A stretch of DNA of 64,000 nucleotides. Origin: Scyliorhinus canicula (lineage: Eukaryota). The translations under genes were made by a program, and so were the position numbers. Below the pieces are notes generated by a model. It was given only the letters and a program-made list of their open reading frames with translations, had not been told where the DNA came from and made no database searches. The stretch's first letter is position 1. Each line of letters opens with the position of its first letter. Shown here piece by piece: positions 11,090 to 22,503 of this stretch. The DNA lies in the NCBI RefSeq assembly GCF_902713615.1, contig NW_024055843.1, positions 332,200 through 396,199 on the forward strand, in the 5' to 3' direction.

Positions 11090-13505
11090 GAAATCAGGTT
11101 GGTAGTGGATTCGAAGAAAATACATTTTTGGGGTGTTTAAAAGATTTTTTTTGGAGCCACTGTGGTAGAGCCCACTAGGGATCAGGCAATTCTGGATTTG
11201 GTAATGTATATTGAGGCAGACTTGATTAGGGATCTTGAGGTGAATAAACCCTTCGGGAGCAGTTACCACCATATGATAGAATTTACCCTGCAGTTTGAGA
11301 GGGAGAAGCTGGAATCAGATGTAACGGTATTACAATTCAATAAGGGTAACTACAAAGACATAAGAGAGGAGCTGGCCAAAGTTGATTGGAAGAATAGCGT
11401 ATCAGAGTTGACAGTGGAACAGCAATGGCAGGAGTTTTGGGGGGTTATTCGGGAGGCACAAATTCAACCCAAGGAGGAGGAAACATGCTAAGGGGAGAAA
11501 AGGCATCCATAGTTGCCGTGGGAAGTCAAGGGTAGCAGAGAAGCAAAAGAAAAAGCAGGCAAAGTGGCGAGGGTTAGTGAGAAGCCAATGGATTGGGAAG
11601 TCTTTAATGGCGAGCAGAGGGCAACTAAAAAAGCAATAAGTGGAGAGAAGATGAAATTTTAGTGCAAGCTGGCTAGTAATATAAAATAAAATAGGAAGAG
11701 TTTTTCTCAATATATAAAAGGTAAGAGAGAGGCAAAAATAGATGTTAAATCATTGGAAAACGTGGCTGGAGAAGTAATAATAGGAAACAAAGAAATGGCA
11801 GACGAACTGAATAGTTACTTTGCATCAGTCTTCACGGTGGACGACTGGGGTGCCAGAGCCCCAAGAGAATCAGGGAGCAGAGGTACGTGCAGTGGCCATC
11901 ACTAAGGAGTAGGTTCTGGAGAAACTGAAGGGTCGGAAGGTGGATAAGTCACCTTGACTGGGTGGACTACACCCCAGAGATAACTGAGGAGATGGTGGAG
12001 GCATAGGTGGTAATCTTTCAGGAGCTACTAGAGGCAAGAAGGGTCCAAGATGACTGGAAAGTGGCGAATGTAACATCACTGTTTAAGAATGGAGGGAGGC
12101 AGAAGACGGAAAATTATAGTCCGGTTAGCCGGATTTCGGTCATTGGTAAGATTTTAGAATCTGCTATTAAAAATATGATCGTGGAGTACTTGGAAGTGCA
12201 TGGCAAAACAGGACTGAGTCAGCATGGCTTTGTCAAAGGGAGGTCATGTCTGCCAAATCTGTTAGAGTTCTTTGAGGATGTGACAAGGATGTTAGACAAA
12301 GGAGAACCAGTGGACGTCATTTATTTAGATTTCCAGAAGCCGTTCAATAAGGAGCCGCATAGATGTTTGTTAAATAAGTTAAGAGACCATGGTGTTAAGG
12401 ACAAGATCCTGGCATGGAAAGAGGATTGGCTGACTGCCAGAAGGCAGAGAATGAGGATAAAGGGGTCGTTTTCAGGATGGCAGCTGGTGACTAGAGGTGT
12501 GCCTCAGGGGTCTGAGCCGGGACCACAACTTTTCACAATATACATTAATGATCTGGAAGAAGGTACTGAAGGCACTGTTGTTAAGTTGCAGTTGATACAA
12601 AGATCTGTAGAGGGACAGCTAGTATTGAGGAAGCACGCGGGCTGCAGAAGGATTTGGATAGACTACGAGAGTGGGCAATGAAGTGGTAGATGAAATGTAA
12701 CGTGAAAAAGTGTGAGGTTATGCACTTTGGAAGAAGGAATTTAGGCATAGACTATTTTCTAAATGGGGAAATGCTTCGGAAATGAGAAGCACAAAGGGAC
12801 TTGCAAGTCTTTGTTCACGATTCTTTTAAGGTTAACGTGCAGATTCAGTCGGCAGTTAGGAAGGAAAATGCAATGTTTGCATTCATGTCAAGAGGGCTAG
12901 AATACAAGGCCAGGGATGTACTTCTGAGGTTGCATAAGGCTCTGGTCAGATCCCATTTGGAGTATTGTGAGCAGTTTTGGGCCCCGTATCTAAGGAAAGA
13001 TGTTACGGCCTTGGAAAGAGTCCAGAGGAGGTTTACAAGAATGATCCCTGGAATGAAGAGCTTAAGGTATGAGGAACGGTTGAGGACTCTGGGTCTGTAC
13101 TCGTTGGAGTTTAGAAGAATGAGGGGGAACTTAGTGAAACTTACAGGACACTGCGAGGCCTGGATAGAGTGGACGTGGAGAGGTTGTTTCCACTTTAGGA
13201 AAAACTAGAAGCAGAGGCCACAATCTCAGAATAAAGAGACGATCCTTTCAAACAGAGAAGTGCAGGAATTGCTTCGCCCAGACGGTGGTGAATCTGTGGA
13301 AATCTTTACCACAGAAGACTGTGCAGGCCAAATCACTGAGTGTCTTTGAGACAGAGATAGATAGGTTTTTTTTATCAATAAGTGGATCAGGGGTTATGGG
13401 GAAAAGGCAGGAGAACGGGTATGAGAAAATATCAACAATGATTGAATGGCGGAGCAGACTCGATGGGCCGTGTAGCCGATTTCTGCTCCTGTGTCTTATG
13501 GTCTT
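11090..13505 (+). mobile_element. CR1-clade LINE, 5'-truncated, disrupted ORF2
   Basis: QHGFVKGRSCLPNLLEFFEDVT, GVPQGSEPGPQLFTIYINDL, LVRSHLEYCEQFWAPYL, with tail ...tcttatggtcttatggt. Confidence 0.93.
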
Positions 13506-13547
13506 ATGGTCATTATTTGGTTCCTGCAGCGTGACAGGCGGTGGCAT

Positions 13548-13561
13548 GCGCCACCTGGTGG
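13548..13561 (-). promoter_or_regulatory. CTCF consensus motif
   Basis: CCACCAGGTGGCGC, 14/14 match to CCASYAGRKGGCRS. Confidence 0.6.
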
Positions 13562-13639
13562 TCCGTTTGAATACATTTCCTTCTCAATGATATCACAGAA
13601 GCCAATAAAGGTCCGAGTTGTCCCGGAGCCTTTCTCAAT

Positions 13640-13878
13640 TTGTTGATCTTGACACACAGAAGGAGCAGTGCTCTCAGCGACCTGCAGCACATTCAATGTG
13701 AAAATGGTGATATTCTTTGTCGTGCCCAGAATGACAGGAAAATAAATGTTAACTTCATTATTTCCCTCGGAGTATGCATGAATACGAAAGTGAGAATCAG
13801 ACTTTGGTTCCGACGAAACAGTTGTACAGAAATGTCCACAGTGGAGATTGAATAGATGCAATTTATTCTTCGCGAGAT
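13640..13878 (-). pseudogene. Decayed V exon truncated by the assembly gap
   Basis: INCIYSISTVDISVQLFRR (C23 and QL-x-R family signature), frameshifted to NITIFTLNVLQVAESTAPSVC. No recognisable RSS. Confidence 0.55.
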
Positions 13879-14413
13879 NNNNNNNNNNNNNNNNNNNNNN
13901 NNNNNNNNNNNNNNNNNNNNNNNNNNNNNNNNNNNNNNNNNNNNNNNNNNNNNNNNNNNNNNNNNNNNNNNNNNNNNNNNNNNNNNNNNNNNNNNNNNNN
14001 NNNNNNNNNNNNNNNNNNNNNNNNNNNNNNNNNNNNNNNNNNNNNNNNNNNNNNNNNNNNNNNNNNNNNNNNNNNNNNNNNNNNNNNNNNNNNNNNNNNN
14101 NNNNNNNNNNNNNNNNNNNNNNNNNNNNNNNNNNNNNNNNNNNNNNNNNNNNNNNNNNNNNNNNNNNNNNNNNNNNNNNNNNNNNNNNNNNNNNNNNNNN
14201 NNNNNNNNNNNNNNNNNNNNNNNNNNNNNNNNNNNNNNNNNNNNNNNNNNNNNNNNNNNNNNNNNNNNNNNNNNNNNNNNNNNNNNNNNNNNNNNNNNNN
14301 NNNNNNNNNNNNNNNNNNNNNNNNNNNNNNNNNNNNNNNNNNNNNNNNNNNNNNNNNNNNNNNNNNNNNNNNNNNNNNNNNNNNNNNNNNNNNNNNNNNN
14401 NNNNNNNNNNNNN
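13879..14413. other. Assembly gap (535 N)
   Basis: Run of N. Confidence 1.
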
Positions 14414-14849
14414 ATATTTAACCTGATAACCTTTTTCTCCTTTACATGAATCCCTTCCTTCGGAGACAGGCGTTAATTTGTGTGAGATTGACAAGACGAG
14501 GGAGATAACTGGAATTATAGATAGATTTGGATCGGTAAACAGAGACCAAAATTAATACAACAGTAGATTGGTAAATAGAATAGAGTTGTATCGACAGTGG
14601 AATGGACAAACAGACAAAGCTGTAAACATAAATGAAACAACCAAATAGCAATATCATGAAATTAAATGAAAATCGCTTATTTTCACAAGACGGCTTCAGT
14701 TACTGTGAAAACCCCCTAGTCGCCACATTCCGGCGCCTGTTCGGGGAGGCTGGTACGGGAATTGAACCGTGCTGCTGGCCTGCCTTGGTCTCCTTTAAAA
14801 GCCAGCGATTTAGCCCTGTGCTAAACTAGCCCCGATACAATTGTACAGG

Positions 14850-15870
14850 GTCCGATTCTGAAAAGCAAAACTTCAAATTCTCTGTTAGCCGCACTATTCT
14901 ATCCTGAGACACAATCTACCGATCAAGGAAGCCTTTCTCCTTGAGATCCGATAGCATGTCTCCGAGAATGGTTGTCTTACTCTAATCTCCCTCATGTTAC
15001 GGAAGCTTCGAGAATGCACTTGTCTGTAAAGCATACATGCATTCCCGAACACTGATTCTACGAGTGGGTCCACAATAGAACATAAAACAGTACAGCACAG
15101 AACAGGCCCTTCGGCCCTCAATGTTGTGCCGAGCAATGATCACCCTACTTAAACCCACGTAACCCGTATACCCGTAACCCAACAATCCCCCCATTAACCT
15201 TACACTACGGGCAATTTATCATGGCCAATCCACCTAACCCGCACATCTTTAGACTGTGGGAGGAAACCGGAGCACCCGGAGGAAACCCACGCACACACGG
15301 GGAGGACGTGCAGACTCCACACAGACAGTGACCCAGCCGGGAATCGAACCTGGGACCCTGGAGCTTTGAAGCATTGATGCTAACCACCATGCCACCGTGA
15401 GGCCCCAATTTCAAATTTCAATTTCAATTTCAAACCCAATCTGGTTGCATGTACAAATTCATGATCACGGTTAATGACAAATACATTCCATGGATGTTCA
15501 AGTTGCTAAAATGCACAATTTAATGGCAACAGATATCTCCCCGACATTACCACACTGACACAACCTCAGGGAATTCCATTTCAGAAAGCTCACTCTGAAA
15601 ATTCGAAAGTTCTGTATCTATGGCGCTGTTACTCTGTTTATTTATCGATTTAAGTGTTGATCTCTGTATCTATGTTTTAGTAGATCAGTTTCGGGATCTA
15701 TCAGTATGGTTACTTGTCTCTGTGTCTATATTTCTGTCGATTCTCCGATATGTTCGAGGCTTCTGGTGAACATGGGAGGCACATTTATTCAGGTATTTTC
15801 ATCGTTAGCAACTCAGACTAATATATATCAAAAATCTCCAAAGCATTTCTGGTTTTATGTCAACGCACGT
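14850..15870 (-). pseudogene. Heavily decayed leader-intron-V unit interrupted by HE1 SINE
   Basis: Leader-like MLWRFLIYISLSC at about 15848-15810, MLYRQ motif, gagaaaggct FR3-like patch and spacer-end-like gaccctgtacaa. Inverted paralogue of 10370-10870. Confidence 0.35.
15075..15406 (-). mobile_element. HE1-type SINE, full length
   Basis: tRNA-like head (cacggtggcatggtggttagc...ggttcgattccc) and a tail shared with the CR1/HER1 LINE (gggccgaagggcctgttctgtgctgtactgtt...). Other copies at 29603-29765, 30617-30910 (variant), 31520-31620, 41530-41748, 45521-45852, 52015-52345. Confidence 0.9.
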
Positions 15871-16550
15871 TGGAACTTATGTCTGTATGGTTGTCCCTTT
15901 AAAGTTTATGTCTTTGCAGTGGCCGTGTGTCTGTTTTCAATTTGCGCCGTGTTTTCCACGGGAGGGCGCTCTCTAATCGCTTATGAAAGAGCATGTTTCC
16001 CTTCTCCGGGGAAGCGACTATTTTAGGACGTGACAATGGGCGGAGAGAAGAAATCGCATTTAACCTCATGTGTTTCTGTTGAACTAAATAAATGAGCTGA
16101 GCATTTCTTAAGGTTTAACCACCCAGTCTCAACGTTTCACACTGACACCAGCTTGCACTGCCTCTGAACACGCACCTGTCCTCCCACCTTAAATACTTTT
16201 CATACATCACTCTGCTCTCTGGCGGTGGATACTGGTAAGGACACGGTGCAATTATTCACTTGAACTACCGACAAGTTGCAGTTCACGAAAAAGTAACGAA
16301 TGAGAACATGTATTCCCTCCTTCCTGTTACAGCTATTTTATTGCGGGAGATGAAAAAAAATGAATGAAAATCGCTTCAAAGTAGGCTTCAAATGAAGTTA
16401 CTGTGAAAAGCCCCAGTCGCCACATTCCGGGGCCTGTTCGGGGAGGCTGTTACAGGAATTGAACTGTGCTGCTAGCCTGCCTTGGTCTCCTTGAAAAGCC
16501 AGCGATTTAGCCCAGTGTGCTAAACCAGCCCCTAAATGTGAAGAACTTGA

Positions 16551-16625
16551 TGTTTCTACTGGGTTTCGAAGCGGGGACCTTTCACGTGGGTTCGGCGAAT
16601 GTGATAACCACTAAACTACAGAAAC
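16551..16625 (-). pseudogene. tRNA-Val pseudogene
   Basis: GTTTCTGTAGTTTAGTGGTTATCAC...TTCGAAACCCAGTAGAAACA, with a 2-nt insertion/disruption in the anticodon loop and stem mismatches. Confidence 0.85.
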
Positions 16626-17039
16626 AGCTTAGAGACTACTTCTCACCTTCATGTCTGCTGTCCAATGATTGCGGTGCCTTTTGCTCACTCACTCCTCCTG
16701 CAAATCTGACCAGTCGGTTTGACAAGACGAAGATCCTGATGAGGGTCCTTATTTCATTTTCTAATTTGAACCCGTCAAATGCGAACTCGTCTCTCTATCG
16801 GACATTTGTAACATCCCAACAGTAATAGCAGCAGTGAAAACACGTGACAATAAATAACTTTTTTAAAGATTCAAGTTTCATATCAGTGTTAAAATAATGT
16901 TTCTGTTTCCGCATTGGCTCCCTCCATCACATTTTCTTCACTAAAGATACTCACCCAGTCTCTCACTGCCCTATGGTGGCAGCGACAATCACTACAACGT
17001 GCGCTTAAAAATACCTGTCCCGTTTCTGGAACCTAAGGC

Positions 17040-17160
17040 CACAAGACATAGGAGCAGAGTAAGGCCATTTGGCCCATCACGTTTGCTCCGCCGGTCAAAC
17101 ACAGCTGATGTACGTCTCGTACCCAATCTCCTGCCTTCTCCGCATAACCCTGGTTCAATC
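17040..17160 (-). mobile_element. CR1 3'-tail fragment
   Basis: cacaagacataggagcagagtaaggccatttggccc is the reverse of the CR1 tail at 13440-13505. Confidence 0.65.
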
Positions 17161-17539
17161 AGGAAGCTGACTATCTCTGTCCGGTGTGGGGCAGCTGTGG
17201 CTCAGTGAGGTAAGAAGCCCTCATTTTTGCGGCACCAGCTGCCGGAAGAGAAGTGTTTAAAGGGACAAATAAAAAGGCAAGTGGGATAGCCAAGGCGGGG
17301 TATCGGACGCCGGGGGGGGGGGGGGAGAGTCGGGGGGGGGGGGGGGGGGTGCAATGGGGAGGGCGGTGCGTTGGTCGAACAGCAAGGGAGGGGGTCTGCT
17401 CAGACCGGACTTGTGTCGCATCACAAGGCGGTGTCGGGTCAGACCAGAGGGCCTCTGCTGGAACAGTGAGGAGAGGGGGGGGGGGAGGGAGGGCTTTCGA
17501 ATGGGAGTCGCAGGAGTCGAGTGGGATCGGAGGGAGGAG

Positions 17540-17655
17540 GGTCAGGCTGGACTGGAGTGGGGGGGGTCAGGATGGACTGGAGTGGGAGGGTCAGGCTGGA
17601 CTGGAGTAGGGGTGTCAGGCTGGACTGGAGTGGGAGGGTCCGGCTGGACTGGAGT
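17540..17655. repeat. G-rich 24-bp minisatellite (gggtcaggctggactggagtggga)n, about 5 copies, next to long G runs
   Basis: Visible tandem units, with G runs at 17311-17349. Confidence 0.8.
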
Positions 17656-18463
17656 GTGGATAGGGGGGTTGCCAGGCATTTTTGCCCATCCAGTCTGCAC
17701 CGACCCTCTGAATGAGCACCCTACCTCGGCCCACTCCCCAGCCCTCACCCTGCATCCCACTTAACGTTCACATCCTTGGAGGCTAAGGGACAATTTTCGA
17801 AAGGCTAATCCAGTTAGCCTGCACATTTATGCTTTTCACGGCTCAGTATATCATGATATTCGGAAGGCCTAATGTTGACGCAAAATGCAGAATTCTCATC
17901 CAAACGCCATTGTTTACAACAATGCCCACCAAATTCATTCGAAGTCCTTTGTCCAGCTCTGGGCGAAACAACTGCCCACCTCACATTATAAATAAGCCTA
18001 TTCCTGTTAATCTATTTAAGGATTAGCATGGAGATTAATCAATTTGATTTGTTGCTTTCGATCTGCGCCAACAGGATCAATTGGAGATCCAATGCCCTGT
18101 GAGAACATTGGTTGAATGGAAGAGAAAAGGAGCTTACAGGCAATTGGATGTGACCCGATGACGTTGTGAGCAATGTACCAATCACCAGGTACTCGGATGT
18201 GACTCATCCTCTTCTCCACTCTTGACGAAAACAATTTCAGCCTCAACCATTTCTGTTCAAAGCTGCCAGGATCTGAAATGAAATGAAATGAAAATCGCTT
18301 ATTGTCACGAGTAGTCTTCAATGAAGTTACTGTGAAAAGCCCCTAGTCGCCACATTCCGGCGCCTGTTCGGGGAGGCTGGTACGGGAATTGAACCGTGCT
18401 GCTGGCCTGCCTTGGTCTACTTTCAAAGCCAGCGATTTATCCCAGTGTGCTAAACCAGCAAAC

Positions 18464-19354
18464 ATGTCACCTGTTACTGTGTATTTATTCCTCACAGCGG
18501 CCGCTCTTTTAACCGGTAAGTTCACAAGTTGCTCATCTCTATATGTCACAGCTTTTCCAACATGACATTCTGTCAGACAGGTCGCTCAATACAAGGGGGT
18601 GGGTGTGGGTGGTCGGACATATAGATTGACCCCAACTTCGAAAAGTCATCCGGATCTTGCTGGTCTCAGCACAGAACACTGTTTGCTGGGAGTCGGCACA
18701 TTTCCCAAGGGAATGAGAGCGGGAGTTGGGCTGAGATTGAAGCTTCTCTGCTGCTAGTGAATGACATTGACAAATAGCGGACTGTCAAACCCACAGACCA
18801 TTAGTACTTTCCGCTTCCAGTTACAGTGACTGAAGCTGAGGACCGGACCTCGTTAGAAAGACCGGATTTAAAAGATTTACAATTTCCAAACATTTTCCCG
18901 TTACAGCCACTAAGCTGTGTGATATATATTTCTGTTCTGCTGTCTGTTCACTCTCTGAGGCTATTGTTCAGGATGACGGGATGGTTCTGCGGTATAGACT
19001 CAGTGAATTCGTATTATTTAATTTAAAATCACTCTGGGTTCTTACAGGAGATTGTCGAGGAGATTCCGTTTCTCAGACACCGGCTGCAGTCACAGCGAGT
19101 GAAGGAGAAGATGTTCAGTTGTTCTGTAATTATACAGCTACAAGCTCGAGCAATTATTACCTATTGTGGTACCGTCAGTATTCCAGCGGATCCATGGAGT
19201 ACCTGCTGCAGATTAGTAAATACACCGGGAACACAGAGAGATTCCCTGGGGACCGTTTTTCCGCGGAGCTCAATGATATAATCCGCACCGTCCTGCTGAA
19301 TGTGTCTAAAACAGAGCTGACAGACTCCGCGGTGTATTACTGCGCACTGAGACC
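18464..19354 (+). CDS. Apparently functional TCR alpha/delta V gene (leader 18464-18515, V exon 19048-19354)
   Basis: Leader MSPVTVYLFLTAAALLTG|gtaag. Acceptor ttacag, then DCRGDSVSQTP...VQLFCNY...YLLWYRQY...KTELTDSAVYYCALRP. All hallmark residues are present with no stops. Confidence 0.92.
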
Positions 19355-19393
19355 CACAGAGAGACCGAGCTGGGCTGAACCTGTACAAAAACT
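19355..19393 (+). promoter_or_regulatory. 23-RSS
   Basis: CACAGAG + 23 bp + ACAAAAACT. Confidence 0.92.
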
Positions 19394-19805
19394 GTCGAAG
19401 TGCCAGTCAGCACAACAGAGCGTTAGGCAAACACTGTGATCAGCGGCGAGTCTGAAATGGAGCCTGAAATCGAGGTGATATCTCAACTCTTCAATTCTAA
19501 CATACACTTTTAGCACTAATAAATTTATTGCCAAAATAAAGCAATGGAAGGGGCCAGTTTCGTGAATGAACACCAGAATATTTATAGAGCTTCAGGTTGC
19601 AAAGTGTTTCACCGTCACTGTTATAATACAATGTGGAAAACCTTGCAGCCAATTGGACCCAGCATATCATTCCATACAGTAATATTTAATAGTCTCGCTG
19701 TTACAGTAATTGTGATTGGTGGATGGATATCGGACAGGGCATTTCTCCTGTTCTTTTTTTTTGGAAATGGTGGCCATGATAAATAAATGCCTCCATTGTT
19801 ATGTC

Positions 19806-20062
19806 TCACTGTGTCTGCTTCGCACAGAGATACATTCCGGAGGAAGGCAGTATCCTCAATTTAACATATTATCCAGAGGCCAGGAACTCTGACAGTGCAG
19901 CATTCCCTGAGGGATGCACCGTCTCCTCGGTAAATTCCAGGATTCTTGTTCCTGAGACGGACTGCCGGTGCCCTGTTGAGAGGAAGGAACCTCTGAACAG
20001 GCTGGAGATAGAATCCTGGAAAATGCCAGGACGTGGTGACCACTCATTAACCCAATCCGGGA
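19806..20062 (-). pseudogene. V relic whose 3' 37 bp are identical to the V at 22504
   Basis: SGMYLCAKQ + CACAGTG with no nonamer. The upstream sequence is only weakly V-like, with an acceptor-like ttgttccag near 20062. Confidence 0.55.
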
Positions 20063-21544
20063 AAAGGAGACTGGAACAAAGAAAAGGGAAATAACAACAA
20101 ATTAATGATCTTCATGGAAAAAGGAGGACAATTATTTTAACCCCTGGAGTAAATTATTCCTCGGTAAGCCAAAGAAGGACTTTTACTGATGTCGCGCCTT
20201 TTACCGACTCCGGATGTCCGAAAGCACTTTTCAACCTCAGGACGTTCTTTCCCACTGCAGTCGGTGTTGTGATGTCGGAGATGTTATTAACACGGAGGTC
20301 ATTGGGAATGTTTAGTTCTCCGACAGGAAGTGTTGTCATCCTAATGCTTGAGCAAAGGGATTTGAGAGCCTAGGTATTTTCCTGGCACTTTGACCTTGTT
20401 GCAAATAGTAACAGAGCATTCTGTGACGAATTGGTGGACATCCCGTTCTCTTTCTCTTTCTCGATGATATATTGAGGAATCACATTGATTTGAAACCTGT
20501 TAAATCTCTTAGTCAGACCACCCAGTGATATTGGAATAAAACAATTTATTATGTTCACTGTCTAAGTCTCCACTGTCATCCTCCTCATCCTCCAGGTACC
20601 ATCAACTCAGCTGGTTGACCATTGGCTTCCATTAGATTGGCCCATGATTATGTTTGACTGCAGTGCTTTCAATTGTCTCCTGCAGTTTGGTTGACCAGAA
20701 AACTCTCCAGCTCTTACGACCTGTCAATGGGCATCTTGGAAGAATTTACAAGCATCAATCGGTTTAACCAGACTGCGAACCAGAAAGTCCTGAAGTGGGG
20801 CTGGATTCCAGAGCCTCAGGCCCAGAAACGTGCTCTGTACCAGAGCTTCTGTAATTCATACATAGGCTCTTGCCCTAAATACATATCGTTTACCGGGAAA
20901 TGACACGAAGCATAGACATTTCCTGTATTCCTCAGCTGTCAGCTGTAACGGCGGTGAACTGACGCCTCTGTAAATTTTGGACACAGATAATGTCCTAGCG
21001 CACCATCTAGTGGAATATTCCCTGTCAAGCAGCGATTCTCGATTTATCCTCGAATATTGGGGAGATTTTATTGTGGCAACTTATTACAGGGTTTATTACT
21101 TTGATGTCTTTATTACCGCATCTGAGGCATTTTTCATCACATTGCTTTTGCTACACTTGCTATTTCGGATTGACGCGAGCTCATTTGCCTCAATCTTCTG
21201 GCGTGCCTACGTCATTTGTAAAGTACTTGTTATTTGCATAAATAGCTTAACGAAATAAACTGATATATCCACAACTGAAAAATTTGGAATGTTAATTTCG
21301 GAAGAATGGAAGGCTTGAAGGTTCCCTAAACATCAAACAACGATGGTAACCAAATTCCAGTAAGCCAATGTATCACCCAATGATTTACGTGTTTCTACTG
21401 AGGATTATCTGCAAATAGATTATTAGGAACAATAAAGCATATGTTTTAAATCCATAAGGAAGAACCTTTTAATCGATTTTGCTTGTATCACACTCACTTC
21501 TAAAGCCCATTCGCTACATGTCTCTGCAGTCCCCATATCGAGTG

Positions 21545-21855
21545 AGCTCTTGTACAGGGTTCTCAACTCTTTGTTTCACAGTGTCTCACTGCATTGTAAT
21601 ACACCGCACAGTCTGTCAGTTCAACTGTGTTAACACTCAGAGTGGTGGAGCCTTTCTCAAGGTCCACGGATACTTTAAACCTTCCCTGAACTCTTTAACC
21701 TCCTAGTGTGGAGACCAGATACTCGGGAGCTTGATTGGAGAACTTCCGGCACCAGTCATTTGTAGTGAAAGTAGCGTTGTGATGAAGCGAGATAGTCTGA
21801 CATTGTGTTACCCGAGATATCGATATCTGAAATGTCTCTGAATGACAAGGAACAG
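21545..21855 (-). pseudogene. V exon pseudogene (21584-21855) with RSS
   Basis: ...DWCRKFSNQAPEYLVSTLGG*RVQGRFKVSVDLEKGSTTLSVNTVELTDCAVYYNAVR. Both Cys are lost and there is a stop. RSS CACTGTG + 23 + ACAAGAGCT (21545-21583). Confidence 0.88.
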
Positions 21856-21959
21856 CTGTTAAAACAGAAATAAAATTAACATCACGATATGTCCAAGGAG
21901 AAATAGATAAAGTGCTTGAGTATATAGGCAGAATAGGCTAATCTAACAGTCTATCTATC

Positions 21960-22035
21960 ATGATGTGAAGATGCCGGACTGGGATGGGAGAGTAAGAAGT
22001 TTTACCACAGGAGGTTGAAGTCCAACAGCTTTGTT
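21960..22035 (+). mobile_element. Penelope-like terminal fragment
   Basis: tgatgtgaagatgccggactggg...gtaagaagtttt...tgaagtccaacagctttgtt, same family as 26614 and 35061. Confidence 0.5.
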
Positions 22036-22464
22036 GCGGAACTTCTTACTGAATTTATCTACCATTCTATTTGTCTGTCTGTGTTCCCATGACTATCTAA
22101 CCATCTATATATCAATTTTTCTATCTATCTGCATCATTCATTATCTATCTTTCTCTTGCACGTCAAGCTAAGTATTTGAAAGAGAAAGAAGAGTCAGATT
22201 TTCTGCCTGTGTCTTAACTTTGTAGTTTGGGACAATTAAATAGAGAAGTTTACTTAACCTGCCCTGTTCCTCTATATCTCCTGTAACAGCTATAACAGAG
22301 GTTATTCCTAAGGTTGAGAACGCTACCGTGCTGCCCTTGTGTTGGAAGATTGTCCAGATAGAAGTTTGAACATGGGAAAGTAACATTTATGATCATCACG
22401 CGCATCTCTAAAGGTTCTGGTTTGGGGAAAGGTTAACGGGGCAGCGGAGACCCGACAGAGAACA

Positions 22465-22503
22465 AGATATTGTCCAGCCGGATCCGCTCTGTGTGTCACT
22501 GTG
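22465..22503 (-). promoter_or_regulatory. 23-RSS with divergent nonamer
   Basis: CACAGTG + 23 bp + ACAATATCT. Confidence 0.8.

Noticed and set aside
13496-14494. 332/192/197-aa ORFs
   Set aside because: They run through the N gap.
16190-16240. Leader-like remnant ending ...gtggatactg|gtaag
   Set aside because: No ATG in frame and no downstream V exon.
20150-21260. Several 60-93-aa ORFs between V segments
   Set aside because: No recognisable domain or splice context. They may be eroded V or repeat debris but cannot be supported.
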